From contig CAWJGT010000013.1 in assembly GCA_963842525.1 (NCBI GenBank), forward strand, positions 1-64,000: a stretch of 64,000 bases of DNA, read 5' to 3'. Every line of letters begins with the position of its first letter. The first letter of the stretch is position 1. Source of the DNA: an uncultured Holophagales bacterium (GTDB lineage Bacteria > Acidobacteriota > Thermoanaerobaculia > Multivoradales > UBA5704). The notes beneath the pieces were generated by a model. The model was not told the origin of the DNA. It searched no databases and saw only the letters and a program-made list of their open reading frames with translations. The translations under genes were made by a program, and so were the position numbers. Below, in pieces: positions 31,197 to 39,548 of the stretch.

Positions 31197-33974
31197 ATGG
31201 ACTCCGAACGACGGACCGAGGTGGATCGTCTCTTCAAGGAGGCGCTGGACAGATCGCCGGCGTTCGACGATCGGGGACCGGCCACGCTTTCAGGCCGCAC
31301 AATTTCCCATTTCCGGATCGGTGAACCTCTGGGCAGCGGCGGCATGGGCGTGGTCTATGCAGCGGAGGACATCCGGCTCGGCCGCCCCGTGGCGTTGAAG
31401 TTCCTTGCCCCGGAGGTGGTTCGCAACCCGGAGGCCAAAGCCCGGTTCCTCACGGAGGCGCGGGCGGCCTCGGCCCTGGACCACGCTAATCTCTGCACGA
31501 TTCACGAGGCCGGGGAGAGCGAGGACGGCCTCCTCTTCCTCGCCATGCCCCGGTATGACGGTGAAAGCCTCGAGCGCCGCATCGCCCGCGGCCCCTTGCC
31601 GGTCGAGGAAGCTCTCGAGATCGCCGTCCAGGCCGCCCGCGGGCTCGCCAAGGCACACGAACACGGGATCATCCACCGCGACGTGAAACCGGGAAACCTC
31701 TTCGTGACCCGCGACGGCGTGGTGAAGATCCTCGACTTCGGCATCGCCAAACTCGCCGGGGAGGCCGGGCCGACCCAAACCGGCTCCGCCCTGGGCACGC
31801 CCTCCTACATGGCGCCGGAACAGATGCGGGGCAAGGCGGTCGACGCTCGGGCCGATGTCTGGTCGCTGGGGGTTGTCTTCTACGAGATGCTCGCCGGACG
31901 GCGGCCGTTTGTCGGAGGCGTCGGCGCCGCCGTGGTCCATGCCGTGCTCCATGAAGCTCCGGAGCCCCTGGCATACCTGCGGCCCGACGTGCCGGCGGAG
32001 CTCGCGCGGATGATCTCCCGCATGCTGGCCAAGGATCCGGGGCAACGCTACGCGGATGCGGCGGAGGCCCTGGCCGAGCTGCGGAGTGTTTTGGTTCTGC
32101 CGGCCACGGGCAGCCTGAGCCCTGCTGCAGCCCTCCGCCGGCCGCGGCGCTGGCCCGGTTGGCTTGGCTGGGCGGCCGCCCTCGGAGCCGTCGCGCTGGC
32201 CGTCGGCGTCGCCGTGGGCCTCCTGGTCTGGCGGAGAGGCGGCGCGGATCCCCCCCTTGTACCAGGGCAGATCGTCCAGTTGACCGATCTCCCGGGGCCC
32301 GAGACCTTCCCCAGCCTGTCGCCCGATGGCATGTTCTTCGTCTACACCAAGGTCATCGACGGCAACTTCGACCTGTTCCTCCAGCGGGTCGCGGGGGGCA
32401 AACCCATCAACCTGACCGCAGACTCGCCGGCCCACGACTATCAGCCCGCTTTCTCGCCCGACAACCAACAGATCGCCTTCCGGTCCGAGCGGGAGGGCGG
32501 TGGCATCTTCCTCATGGGCGCCCTCGGCGAATCCGTCAAACGCCTGACCGACTTCGGGTTCAACCCAGCCTGGTCCCCCGACGGCCGGGAGATCGCGGTC
32601 TCCACCGAGGGAGTTTTCGGCCCCAGGGTACGATCTTCGCTGAGCCAGATCGTCCGCATCAATGTCGCCACCGGGGCGCAGCAGCCGCTGGGAGTCCAGA
32701 ACGGCGTCCAACCGGCCTGGTCGCCCAACGGCCTGCGGATCGCCTTTTGGGGCGTGGCCCAACCTGGCCACCGCCGTGTCATCTGGACGATCCCTGTGGG
32801 CGGCGGAGCTCCGGCCACGGTGGTCGACGATGCCTTCTACAACTGGAGCCCCGTGTGGTCTCCCGACGGCCGGTTTCTCTATTTCGCCAGCGATCGGAGC
32901 GGCAGCATGAATCTCTGGAGGGTCGCCGTCGATGAGCGCTCGGGCCGGGTGTTGGGCACCCCGCAGCCGATCACCACCTCCTCGGAGTCGAGCACGCTGC
33001 CGAGCCTCGCGCGCGATGGCCACCGCCTGATCTACGCCACGGACAGCAGCCGCAGCTTTGTCGAGCTGGTCCCCTTCGACCCGGAGACGGCCCAGGTCGA
33101 CGGTCCTCCCACCCTGGCGTATCAAGGCGCGCGCGCCATCATCTCCTGTGACATCTCTCCCGATGGGGCCTGGCTGGCCCTGGGGGCCTTTTCCCCGACG
33201 GAGGACCTGCTCCTGATCCGGCCCGACGGCGGCGACCTACGGCAGTTGACGAACGATCCAGAACGCGACCGGGCCCCGTTCTGGTCCCCGGACGGTCGCC
33301 GGATTCTGTTCTTTTCGAACCGCAGCGGCAAGTACGAAGCCTGGACGATCCGGCCCGACGGCAGCGGCCTGACCCAGATCACACACATTCCGGATCAGCC
33401 GGTGTTCCAGCCTTTCTGGTCGCCGGACGGGCAGCAGATCGGCTTTTTCTATCCCTCCCGCGGAACGGCCCTCCTGGACCTCCGTCGCCCCACGTCGCGG
33501 CCGCGCGTGCTCCCTCCGGTTGAAGGCGGCCAGATCTTCGCCGGTTCCGCCTGGTCCAAGGACAGCGGCTCCCTCGCCGGCGGAATTTCGACGCGGCAGA
33601 GCGAGGGGGTCGACGGAGTGATCCTGTGGTCTCTTTTGGATAACACCCACCGCCGCCTTTCTCAGGAGGGGTATGATCCAGTCTTTCTCCGCCGTGGACG
33701 GCGGCTCCTCTTCAAGGAGGGCGGCAACATTCGGCTCGTTGACGTGGCGAGTGGAGTCGTGCGGACCGTGCTCTCTCCTCCCTCTTACTCCGCGTTCATC
33801 TGGATCGGCATCGGACCGGGCGACAGAAGTCTGTGCACGGTGCGGACCGCCGAAGAGGGTGACATCTGGAGCTTGTCGCTGGTCGCGCCGACTGCTTTGG
33901 CTTCCGCCAAGGCGGCGCCGACGCCATTCGCCGAGATGAGCCTGGCCACTAAACTTGTCCACAACCATCATTAG
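31197..33974 (+). CDS. Ser/Thr protein kinase with TM helix and PD40/TolB-like propellers
   Basis: GSGGMGVV, VALK, HRDVKPGN, DFG, YMAPE; repeated PAWSPDG. Confidence 0.93.
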   Translation: MDSERRTEVDRLFKEALDRSPAFDDRGPATLSGRTISHFRIGEPLGSGGMGVVYAAEDIRLGRPVALKFLAPEVVRNPEAKARFLTEARAASALDHANLCTIHEAGESEDGLLFLAMPRYDGESLERRIARGPLPVEEALEIAVQAARGLAKAHEHGIIHRDVKPGNLFVTRDGVVKILDFGIAKLAGEAGPTQTGSALGTPSYMAPEQMRGKAVDARADVWSLGVVFYEMLAGRRPFVGGVGAAVVHAVLHEAPEPLAYLRPDVPAELARMISRMLAKDPGQRYADAAEALAELRSVLVLPATGSLSPAAALRRPRRWPGWLGWAAALGAVALAVGVAVGLLVWRRGGADPPLVPGQIVQLTDLPGPETFPSLSPDGMFFVYTKVIDGNFDLFLQRVAGGKPINLTADSPAHDYQPAFSPDNQQIAFRSEREGGGIFLMGALGESVKRLTDFGFNPAWSPDGREIAVSTEGVFGPRVRSSLSQIVRINVATGAQQPLGVQNGVQPAWSPNGLRIAFWGVAQPGHRRVIWTIPVGGGAPATVVDDAFYNWSPVWSPDGRFLYFASDRSGSMNLWRVAVDERSGRVLGTPQPITTSSESSTLPSLARDGHRLIYATDSSRSFVELVPFDPETAQVDGPPTLAYQGARAIISCDISPDGAWLALGAFSPTEDLLLIRPDGGDLRQLTNDPERDRAPFWSPDGRRILFFSNRSGKYEAWTIRPDGSGLTQITHIPDQPVFQPFWSPDGQQIGFFYPSRGTALLDLRRPTSRPRVLPPVEGGQIFAGSAWSKDSGSLAGGISTRQSEGVDGVILWSLLDNTHRRLSQEGYDPVFLRRGRRLLFKEGGNIRLVDVASGVVRTVLSPPSYSAFIWIGIGPGDRSLCTVRTAEEGDIWSLSLVAPTALASAKAAPTPFAEMSLATKLVHNHH

Positions 33975-34185
33975 TAGTACCGGTGGCAGTGCCGCTGCAG
34001 GCGATTGGGTAGCAATTTGTCCTGACCTCGGTGTAAGGCTCTGGACATGCGCATGTGATTGAGTCCCCTCCTCTGGCCAACCCAAGGAGCGCCGGATCAC
34101 TGAGGAGCCGAATCGTTTCGCGGTTCAGCCTGAGGCGGCGCAGCTTTTTTTTCTCTTCCTGATCCTTGATCCTGTTTTTCTTCAT
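33949..34185 (-). CDS. RiPP-like precursor peptide with double-glycine leader
   Basis: RBS AGAGGAGG; KKKLRRLRLNRETIRLL leader, ARGG, core with 5 Cys and many Ser/Thr. Confidence 0.75.
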   Translation of the reverse strand: MKKNRIKDQEEKKKLRRLRLNRETIRLLSDPALLGLARGGDSITCACPEPYTEVRTNCYPIACSGTATGTTNDGCGQV

Positions 34186-34319
34186 GCTAGACCTCCTCTT
34201 CGATCAGAGGTGGACCACATGGCCCAGCCTCTTCCGGGAACAAACGCCGTACCGTCATATTTTAGACCACCGACAGAGAAAAGTAGTTCCGGCGTGGCCG
34301 AGGGCGAGAGCCTGGTGCA

Positions 34320-34498
34320 TGATTCCTCGACTCCGCGTGTGCCGGGGACACCGCTCTCCGGCGGGAGGTCGAACGGCTGCTCGCCGCCGATGCCCAGGGG
34401 GCTGGATTTCTGGCAGGCACGCCCGGTGAGCTGCTGGGACTGGCGTTCGACAATCAGGGTCCGGCCACGCTCTCAGGCCGGCCGCTCTGGTCATTTCA
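34320..34498 (+). pseudogene. Remnant of a kinase N-terminal region
   Basis: FLDSACAGDTALRREVERLLAADAQ...AFDNQGPATLSGR; last ~55 nt match 31259-31313. Confidence 0.7.
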
Positions 34499-34951
34499 CG
34501 TTTCCACGGATCGGATTTCCGGCACGATCCGGTTCTCGGCCACGGTGAGGATAGCGAGCGTCAGGGGGAGATGGAAGCGCCGCGGCCCACAGGCCCCCGG
34601 GTTGAGCAGCAGGCACGAACCCTGCCATTCCATCTCCGGCCGGTGCGAATGTCCGAAGACCAGCAACCGCAACTTGCGCGGCCAGGCGGGGTCGACGTCC
34701 TCGCGGCGGTGCACGATGCGGAAAGGGAGGCCGTCGAGGTCGCCGGAGAGGACCTCGGGCAGCTCCTCCGCGGTCGCGCCGGTGTCCGTGTTGCCCCGTA
34801 CCGCGGCGACCGGCGCGATCTGCCGGAGCCGCCGCAGGATCTCCGGCTCGCCCACGTCTCCCGCATGCAGGATGCGGTCGCATCCCGCCAGCAGCTCCAG
34901 CACCCGCGGCCGGAGCAGGTTGTGAGTGTCCGAAAGCACGCCGATGCGCAA
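34496..34951 (-). CDS. YfcE-like metallophosphoesterase
   Basis: LSDTH, HAGD, VRGNTD, FGHSH, NPG. Confidence 0.9.
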   Translation of the reverse strand: MRIGVLSDTHNLLRPRVLELLAGCDRILHAGDVGEPEILRRLRQIAPVAAVRGNTDTGATAEELPEVLSGDLDGLPFRIVHRREDVDPAWPRKLRLLVFGHSHRPEMEWQGSCLLLNPGACGPRRFHLPLTLAILTVAENRIVPEIRSVET

Positions 34952-35078
34952 GCACGACCCCTTTGTGGAAGCCCTGTCACCCTCACGGCCCGCGGCCACA
35001 CCCTTCTTAGTAAGGATGGGCATCTGCCCGCCGGATCTCTGCATGGAACTTGCACGGGCTCCGGCTGGCGCGAAGGCC

Positions 35079-36143
35079 ATGGGAATGCTATCAACACCAG
35101 CGCTGCACGGCGTCGACGAAATCGGCCCCTACCAGGTCCTGCAAGACCTGGGAGCGGCCCCGTTCGGCACTGTCTACCTGACGGTCGACAGCCGCAGCGA
35201 CCGGCCGGCGCTCCTCAAGGTGATCCCGCCGTCGCGGCCCGGCTTCGAGCAGGAGGCGGCCCCGTGGGAAATCGTGCTCCGGGAGACGCAGGCCCTGTTC
35301 CGGATCTACCACCGCGGCATCCCGGCCCTCTACGAGATCGCGGAGCACGAGGGCGCGCTCCTGGTGGCGTTCGAGACTGTGGACGGCGTGATCCTCCACG
35401 ACCTCCTTGCCCGGGGCGAGCGGCTGGAGCGTGCGCGGCTGGTCGACTGGGGGTGCCAACTCCTGGACATCCTCGGCGAGGCGCATGCCCAGGGCATCCT
35501 CCACCGGCACCTCGGGGAAGACCAGATCGTCGTCGCCCCTGACGGGCATCTGGTCCTGACCGGGTTCGGCCTGACTCCGATCTTCTTCGGTCCGCTGACG
35601 AGCTTCCCGCCGAAGCACACGCTGGATGAGCCATGGACGGTTCAAAGCGATCTCTACGCGGTCGGCCTGCTGCTGCGCCGGCTGGCGTTCGCGAGCGGCA
35701 AGAGCCGCGGCAGCACGCAGCGGGACCCGCTCCTCAAAGTCCTCGCGCGGGCGACCTACCCCGATGCGGCCGCCCGATATCAGGATGCCGCCGAGATGTC
35801 CGAGGCCTTGCGCCAGGCAGCGCAGACCGGAGAGGCCGCACCGAGGGCCGCCGTCCTGCGCCGTGAAGCCGAGGCCTCGGCGGCTGGAAAGCTTGCCGGG
35901 CCTCGGGTCCTTCCGGTCGCCGCGCTCCCGGTCCGCAACGGCTCGCAAAGCTCCGAGGAGAGCGGCAACGAGGAGCGTAAATTCGCCCTGTTGCTGGTCG
36001 CGACCGCCTTGCTCCTGATGCTGTCGGTGATCGCGGCGGGCTGGCTCCTCATCGGCCAGGATCCCCTGCCCGAGACGCGGCTGAGGCCCTCCTCGTCCAC
36101 CCTGGAGGAGAGCGCCTCCAAAGCGCTGAATCCAGGAGATTGA
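35079..36143 (+). CDS. Membrane-anchored Ser/Thr pseudokinase
   Basis: Kinase-fold order kept (IGPYQV, ALLK, SDLYAVG) but HRD>HRH, DFG>GFG and a degenerate Gly loop; C-terminal TM. Confidence 0.7.
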   Translation: MGMLSTPALHGVDEIGPYQVLQDLGAAPFGTVYLTVDSRSDRPALLKVIPPSRPGFEQEAAPWEIVLRETQALFRIYHRGIPALYEIAEHEGALLVAFETVDGVILHDLLARGERLERARLVDWGCQLLDILGEAHAQGILHRHLGEDQIVVAPDGHLVLTGFGLTPIFFGPLTSFPPKHTLDEPWTVQSDLYAVGLLLRRLAFASGKSRGSTQRDPLLKVLARATYPDAAARYQDAAEMSEALRQAAQTGEAAPRAAVLRREAEASAAGKLAGPRVLPVAALPVRNGSQSSEESGNEERKFALLLVATALLLMLSVIAAGWLLIGQDPLPETRLRPSSSTLEESASKALNPGD

Positions 36144-36164
36144 ATTCGTCCGGCCTGCCGCCCC

Positions 36165-36551
36165 TCAGGACGCCACGCCCGACTCCAGGAAGAAGATCAT
36201 CTGCCACAGGCGATCGATCTGGCCACGCTCGACGACCTCGAGCGGCTTGAGCCCTTCGAACGCGGGGTTGGGTCGGACGAACCATCCGCGGACGGATCCC
36301 GTCTGGACAACCTGCGTCAGAGCTTCGTGCAGACGGACGATCTCCATCACGCGACGATCCGCCGATGCTTCCACTGCGGGGGGGTTCGCCTCCTGGGCCG
36401 CGACCCAGCGGGTCGAAAACCCCAGGAGACGTCCGAGCTCCTCCTGGGTCAGGCCGAGCTCCTCGCGGATCTGCCGCAGGGTCTTTGGACGCGAGTCCGG
36501 TCCCTCTTGGTGGCTCTGAGGCTCCTGGGTTGCGATGTGCTGGATGGCCAT
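36165..36551 (-). CDS. Xre/MbcA/ParS-type antitoxin (HTH + DUF2384-like)
   Basis: LGLTQEELGRLLG HTH; WFVRPNPAFEGLKPLE. Confidence 0.85.
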   Translation of the reverse strand: MAIQHIATQEPQSHQEGPDSRPKTLRQIREELGLTQEELGRLLGFSTRWVAAQEANPPAVEASADRRVMEIVRLHEALTQVVQTGSVRGWFVRPNPAFEGLKPLEVVERGQIDRLWQMIFFLESGVAS

Positions 36552-36623
36552 CTCTCCTCCTCTCTCTGGGAGCAACTCTAGTCCTCTTCCGAGGCCATGT
36601 CAAGAACTATTGCATGCAAATTT

Positions 36624-36910
36624 TCATCTCATGGCTCGGAGTGTGCTCCCGGTCCGGAGGTTTGCCGCGAAGAGGACGAGATTGGTCCGGCCCGGCCGTG
36701 CGTGGGAGGGCACCAGCAGGGCTTCCAATCCTGCCTGGAAGGCCGCGCGGCCGATCGCCTGGGACATGGATTCCCTTCCGGTCGTCGCTCCGGCCGTATC
36801 GAGGCGTCGCTGACCGGTACACCTCGCCGGACCAGCTCGTGACCTGATCCATGGAGGACTGGGAGCTCTGCTGCGATCTGCTCGAAGTCGTCATGCGGGT
36901 GAATGCCCAC
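36624..36910 (-). pseudogene. RES-domain toxin with large internal deletion
   Basis: N-terminal WSGEVYRSATPRY abuts C-terminal SQAIGRAAFQAGLEALLVPSHARPGRTNLVLF in a different frame. Confidence 0.75.
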
Positions 36911-36950
36911 CGTACCCTCCTCTTGCCGTCGAACGGCACTCGTGCGATTC

Positions 36951-37008
36951 ACCCCTTAAAAAGACGGAAAACCGACCCCCGATCTTGCATAACGGGCAAA
37001 ACTTCTTT
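36951..37008 (-). promoter_or_regulatory. Conserved ~55-bp promoter-like motif, copy 2
   Basis: CCCCTTAAAAAGACGGAAAACCGACCCCCGATCTTGCATAACGGGCAAAACTT, similar to 9514-9570. Confidence 0.5.
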
Positions 37009-37094
37009 TGGCGGAGGGAAGACTGGACCTCCGGCCGGCTCCCCGGCTAGGATGCGGGCCGCTGAAGATGAGGCTGTCGGAGGAGATCACGGCC

Positions 37095-37682
37095 ATGCGG
37101 ATCCACAAGGTCTATACCAGGACCGGCGACCGGGGCGAGACCGACCTGGTCGGTGGTGTGCGCGTGCCCAAGGACTCGCTGCGCATCGAGAGCTACGGCA
37201 CGGTCGACGAGCTGCAGGCCTTCCTCGGCATGTTGCGCGCGGCGCTCGCGGAGGCCGACCGCCTCCCCGAGGTCGCCCGCCCGTGCGTGGAGGCGATCCA
37301 CCGCATCCAGCAGGACCTGTTCGACCTGGGGAGCACCCTGTCGACACCGGTGCAGTATCTCGAGCGGGTGAAGAACCCGATCACCGACGAGCGGATCGCC
37401 TGGCTGGAGCAGGCCATGGACGCCTGGAACGAGACCCTGCCCCCACTGCGCTCGTTCGTGCTCTCCGGCGGCGGGCGGTTTTCGGCGCTCAGTCACGTGG
37501 CGCGGACCGTCTGCCGGCGCTGCGAGCGGGTCGTGCTGCGGCTCGCCCGCGACGAGGAGGTCCCCGCGGAGGTCCTGCGGTATCTCAACCGCCTGTCCGA
37601 CTTCCTTTTCGTCCTGGGCCGTCACCTCGCGCAAGCCTTCGGCGAAGAGGAGCCCCTCTGGGAGACGCCCTTGCGGAAGTGA
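37095..37682 (+). CDS. pduO: Cob(I)alamin adenosyltransferase, PduO type
   Basis: KVYTRTGDRGET, YGTVDEL, FVLSGG, ARTVCRRCER, YLNRLSD. Confidence 0.92.
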   Translation: MRIHKVYTRTGDRGETDLVGGVRVPKDSLRIESYGTVDELQAFLGMLRAALAEADRLPEVARPCVEAIHRIQQDLFDLGSTLSTPVQYLERVKNPITDERIAWLEQAMDAWNETLPPLRSFVLSGGGRFSALSHVARTVCRRCERVVLRLARDEEVPAEVLRYLNRLSDFLFVLGRHLAQAFGEEEPLWETPLRK

Positions 37683-38065
37683 GCCGCGCGTGCCGCATGC
37701 CCGACCGGGTGCGCCGCGAGGAGGCCCGGGAGCAGTTCCTCGAGGATCTGCGGGCGGTGGCGCGGCGGCTGCAGGCCTGACCGCGGCCGGTTGGCACACC
37801 CTTCGGCCGTTTTTTTCTGCTGTTCCGCCTTTCTGTATTTTTCATGCGCTGCCCGTCTCTTCGCCCGATGGGCTCCGGATCTGGCTCTCCTTTGTTATTG
37901 CTCAACGAAAATCGTCGTCTCGTCCGGCGATCATCGATCCTGGCATCGACTGAGAATCGTTGGCGCGGACCCCTGCAATTCCGTTCCTTGATCGGCTACG
38001 ATACCGCGCATCGATGAAGGCTCTCCCCCGGGTCCCTCCGGACCGCACGAGGTGATCGACAGACC

Positions 38066-39547
38066 ATGAGTGACCTCGTCCAGAAATTCTGGGGTTTCTG
38101 CCACACCCTGCGGCACGACGGGATCGATTACGGCGACTACATCGAGCAGATCACCTATCTCCTTTTCCTCAAGATGGCGGACGAGCGAGGGATCGACCTC
38201 AGCCGCGCCCGGATCGCCGCGCCGCAGGAAGAGGAGAGCGAGGTCGACTGCTCCTGGCCGGAGCTGGCCCGCAAGTCGGGTGCCCCTCTCACCGAGCACT
38301 ACGTCGCGGTGCTCCGCGCCCTCGGCCAGCAGCCGGGGCTCCTCGGCGACATCTTCAACGGCGCGGTCTCGCGCTTCAACAACCCGGGCAACCTCAAGCG
38401 GCTGATCGGTCTCATCGACGAGACCGAGTGGACCGCGCTCGACGTGGACGTCAAGGCGGCGGTATTCGAAGGCCTGCTCGAAAAAGCGGCCAGCGAGGGC
38501 AAGAAGGGAGCCGGGCAATACTTCACGCCGCGCCTGCTGATCCAGACCATCGTCCGTTGCATGCGGCCGGACCCGCGCGTGCACGCCGATTTCACGGTCT
38601 GCGATCCGGCCTGCGGCACCGGCGGCTTCCTCGTCGGCGCCTACGAGTGGTTCCTCGCCGAGAGCGGCGGCGCGCTTCCCGAGAACGATCTCACCGAGCG
38701 GGTGCGCCGCGGCACCTACTGCGGCCAGGAACTGGTCTCGCGGCCCCGGCGCCTGGCGCTCATGAATCTCTACCTCCACGGGCTCGAGCCCGAGATCAAG
38801 CTCGGTGATTCGATCTACGATCCATACGACGGCCGTCAGCTCGACGTGGTCCTCACCAATCCTCCGTTCGGCAACAAGGGAGCGAACCAGGTGCCGCGGC
38901 GCGAGGACCTGACCATCGCCACGTCGAACAAACAGCTCAATTTTCTCCAGCACATCCTCACGATCCTCAAGCCCGGAGGCCGGGCCGCGGTCGTGGTGCC
39001 CGACAACTGCCTCTTCGCCGACCAGGCCGGGGAGGTGTTCAAGGTTCTCACGCAGGACTGCGACCTCCACACCGTGCTCCGCCTGCCGAACGGCACCTTC
39101 ACGCCCTACAGCGCCGGCACCAAGACGAACGTCGTCTTCTTCACCAAGGGGAGGCCGACCGAGACCGTCTGGGTCTATGACGCCCGCACCAACGTGCCGC
39201 GGATCACCAAGAAGGACCGCCCGCTCACCCGCGATCATCTCAAGCCCTTCGAAGCCGTCTACGGCACCGATCCCGACGGGCGCTCCCGCCGCTCCCAGGG
39301 CGACTCGCTGGAGGACCGCTGGCGGTCGTTCTCCATCGCCGAGGTCCGCGCGCGCCGTTTCAAGATCGACAGCCTGAAGTGGCTCAAGGACGAGCTGCTC
39401 GACGGCGAGGAGCTGCCCGAGCCCGAGGAGCTGGCCACCGAAGCGATCTCGGACCTGAAGAGCGCGCTCGACGAGCTCGAAGCGATCCTCGTCCTCCTGG
39501 AGAGCGACACCGTGCCGCAGCGTCCTCACGTGGTGAGGGGAGCCTGA
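38066..39547 (+). CDS. hsdM: Type I R-M methyltransferase subunit
   Basis: LLFLKM, GAGQYFTPR, DPACGTGG, NPPF, LRLPNGTF. Confidence 0.93.
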   Translation: MSDLVQKFWGFCHTLRHDGIDYGDYIEQITYLLFLKMADERGIDLSRARIAAPQEEESEVDCSWPELARKSGAPLTEHYVAVLRALGQQPGLLGDIFNGAVSRFNNPGNLKRLIGLIDETEWTALDVDVKAAVFEGLLEKAASEGKKGAGQYFTPRLLIQTIVRCMRPDPRVHADFTVCDPACGTGGFLVGAYEWFLAESGGALPENDLTERVRRGTYCGQELVSRPRRLALMNLYLHGLEPEIKLGDSIYDPYDGRQLDVVLTNPPFGNKGANQVPRREDLTIATSNKQLNFLQHILTILKPGGRAAVVVPDNCLFADQAGEVFKVLTQDCDLHTVLRLPNGTFTPYSAGTKTNVVFFTKGRPTETVWVYDARTNVPRITKKDRPLTRDHLKPFEAVYGTDPDGRSRRSQGDSLEDRWRSFSIAEVRARRFKIDSLKWLKDELLDGEELPEPEELATEAISDLKSALDELEAILVLLESDTVPQRPHVVRGA

Positions 39548-39548
39548 G

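Noticed and set aside
37697-37780. 27-aa ORF MPDRVRREEAREQFLEDLRAVARRLQA as an hsdR remnant
   Set aside because: Too short to assign; no helicase or nuclease motif.
37790-37806. Sigma-54 promoter (TTGGCAC...)
   Set aside because: The -12 TTGC element is absent at the required spacing.
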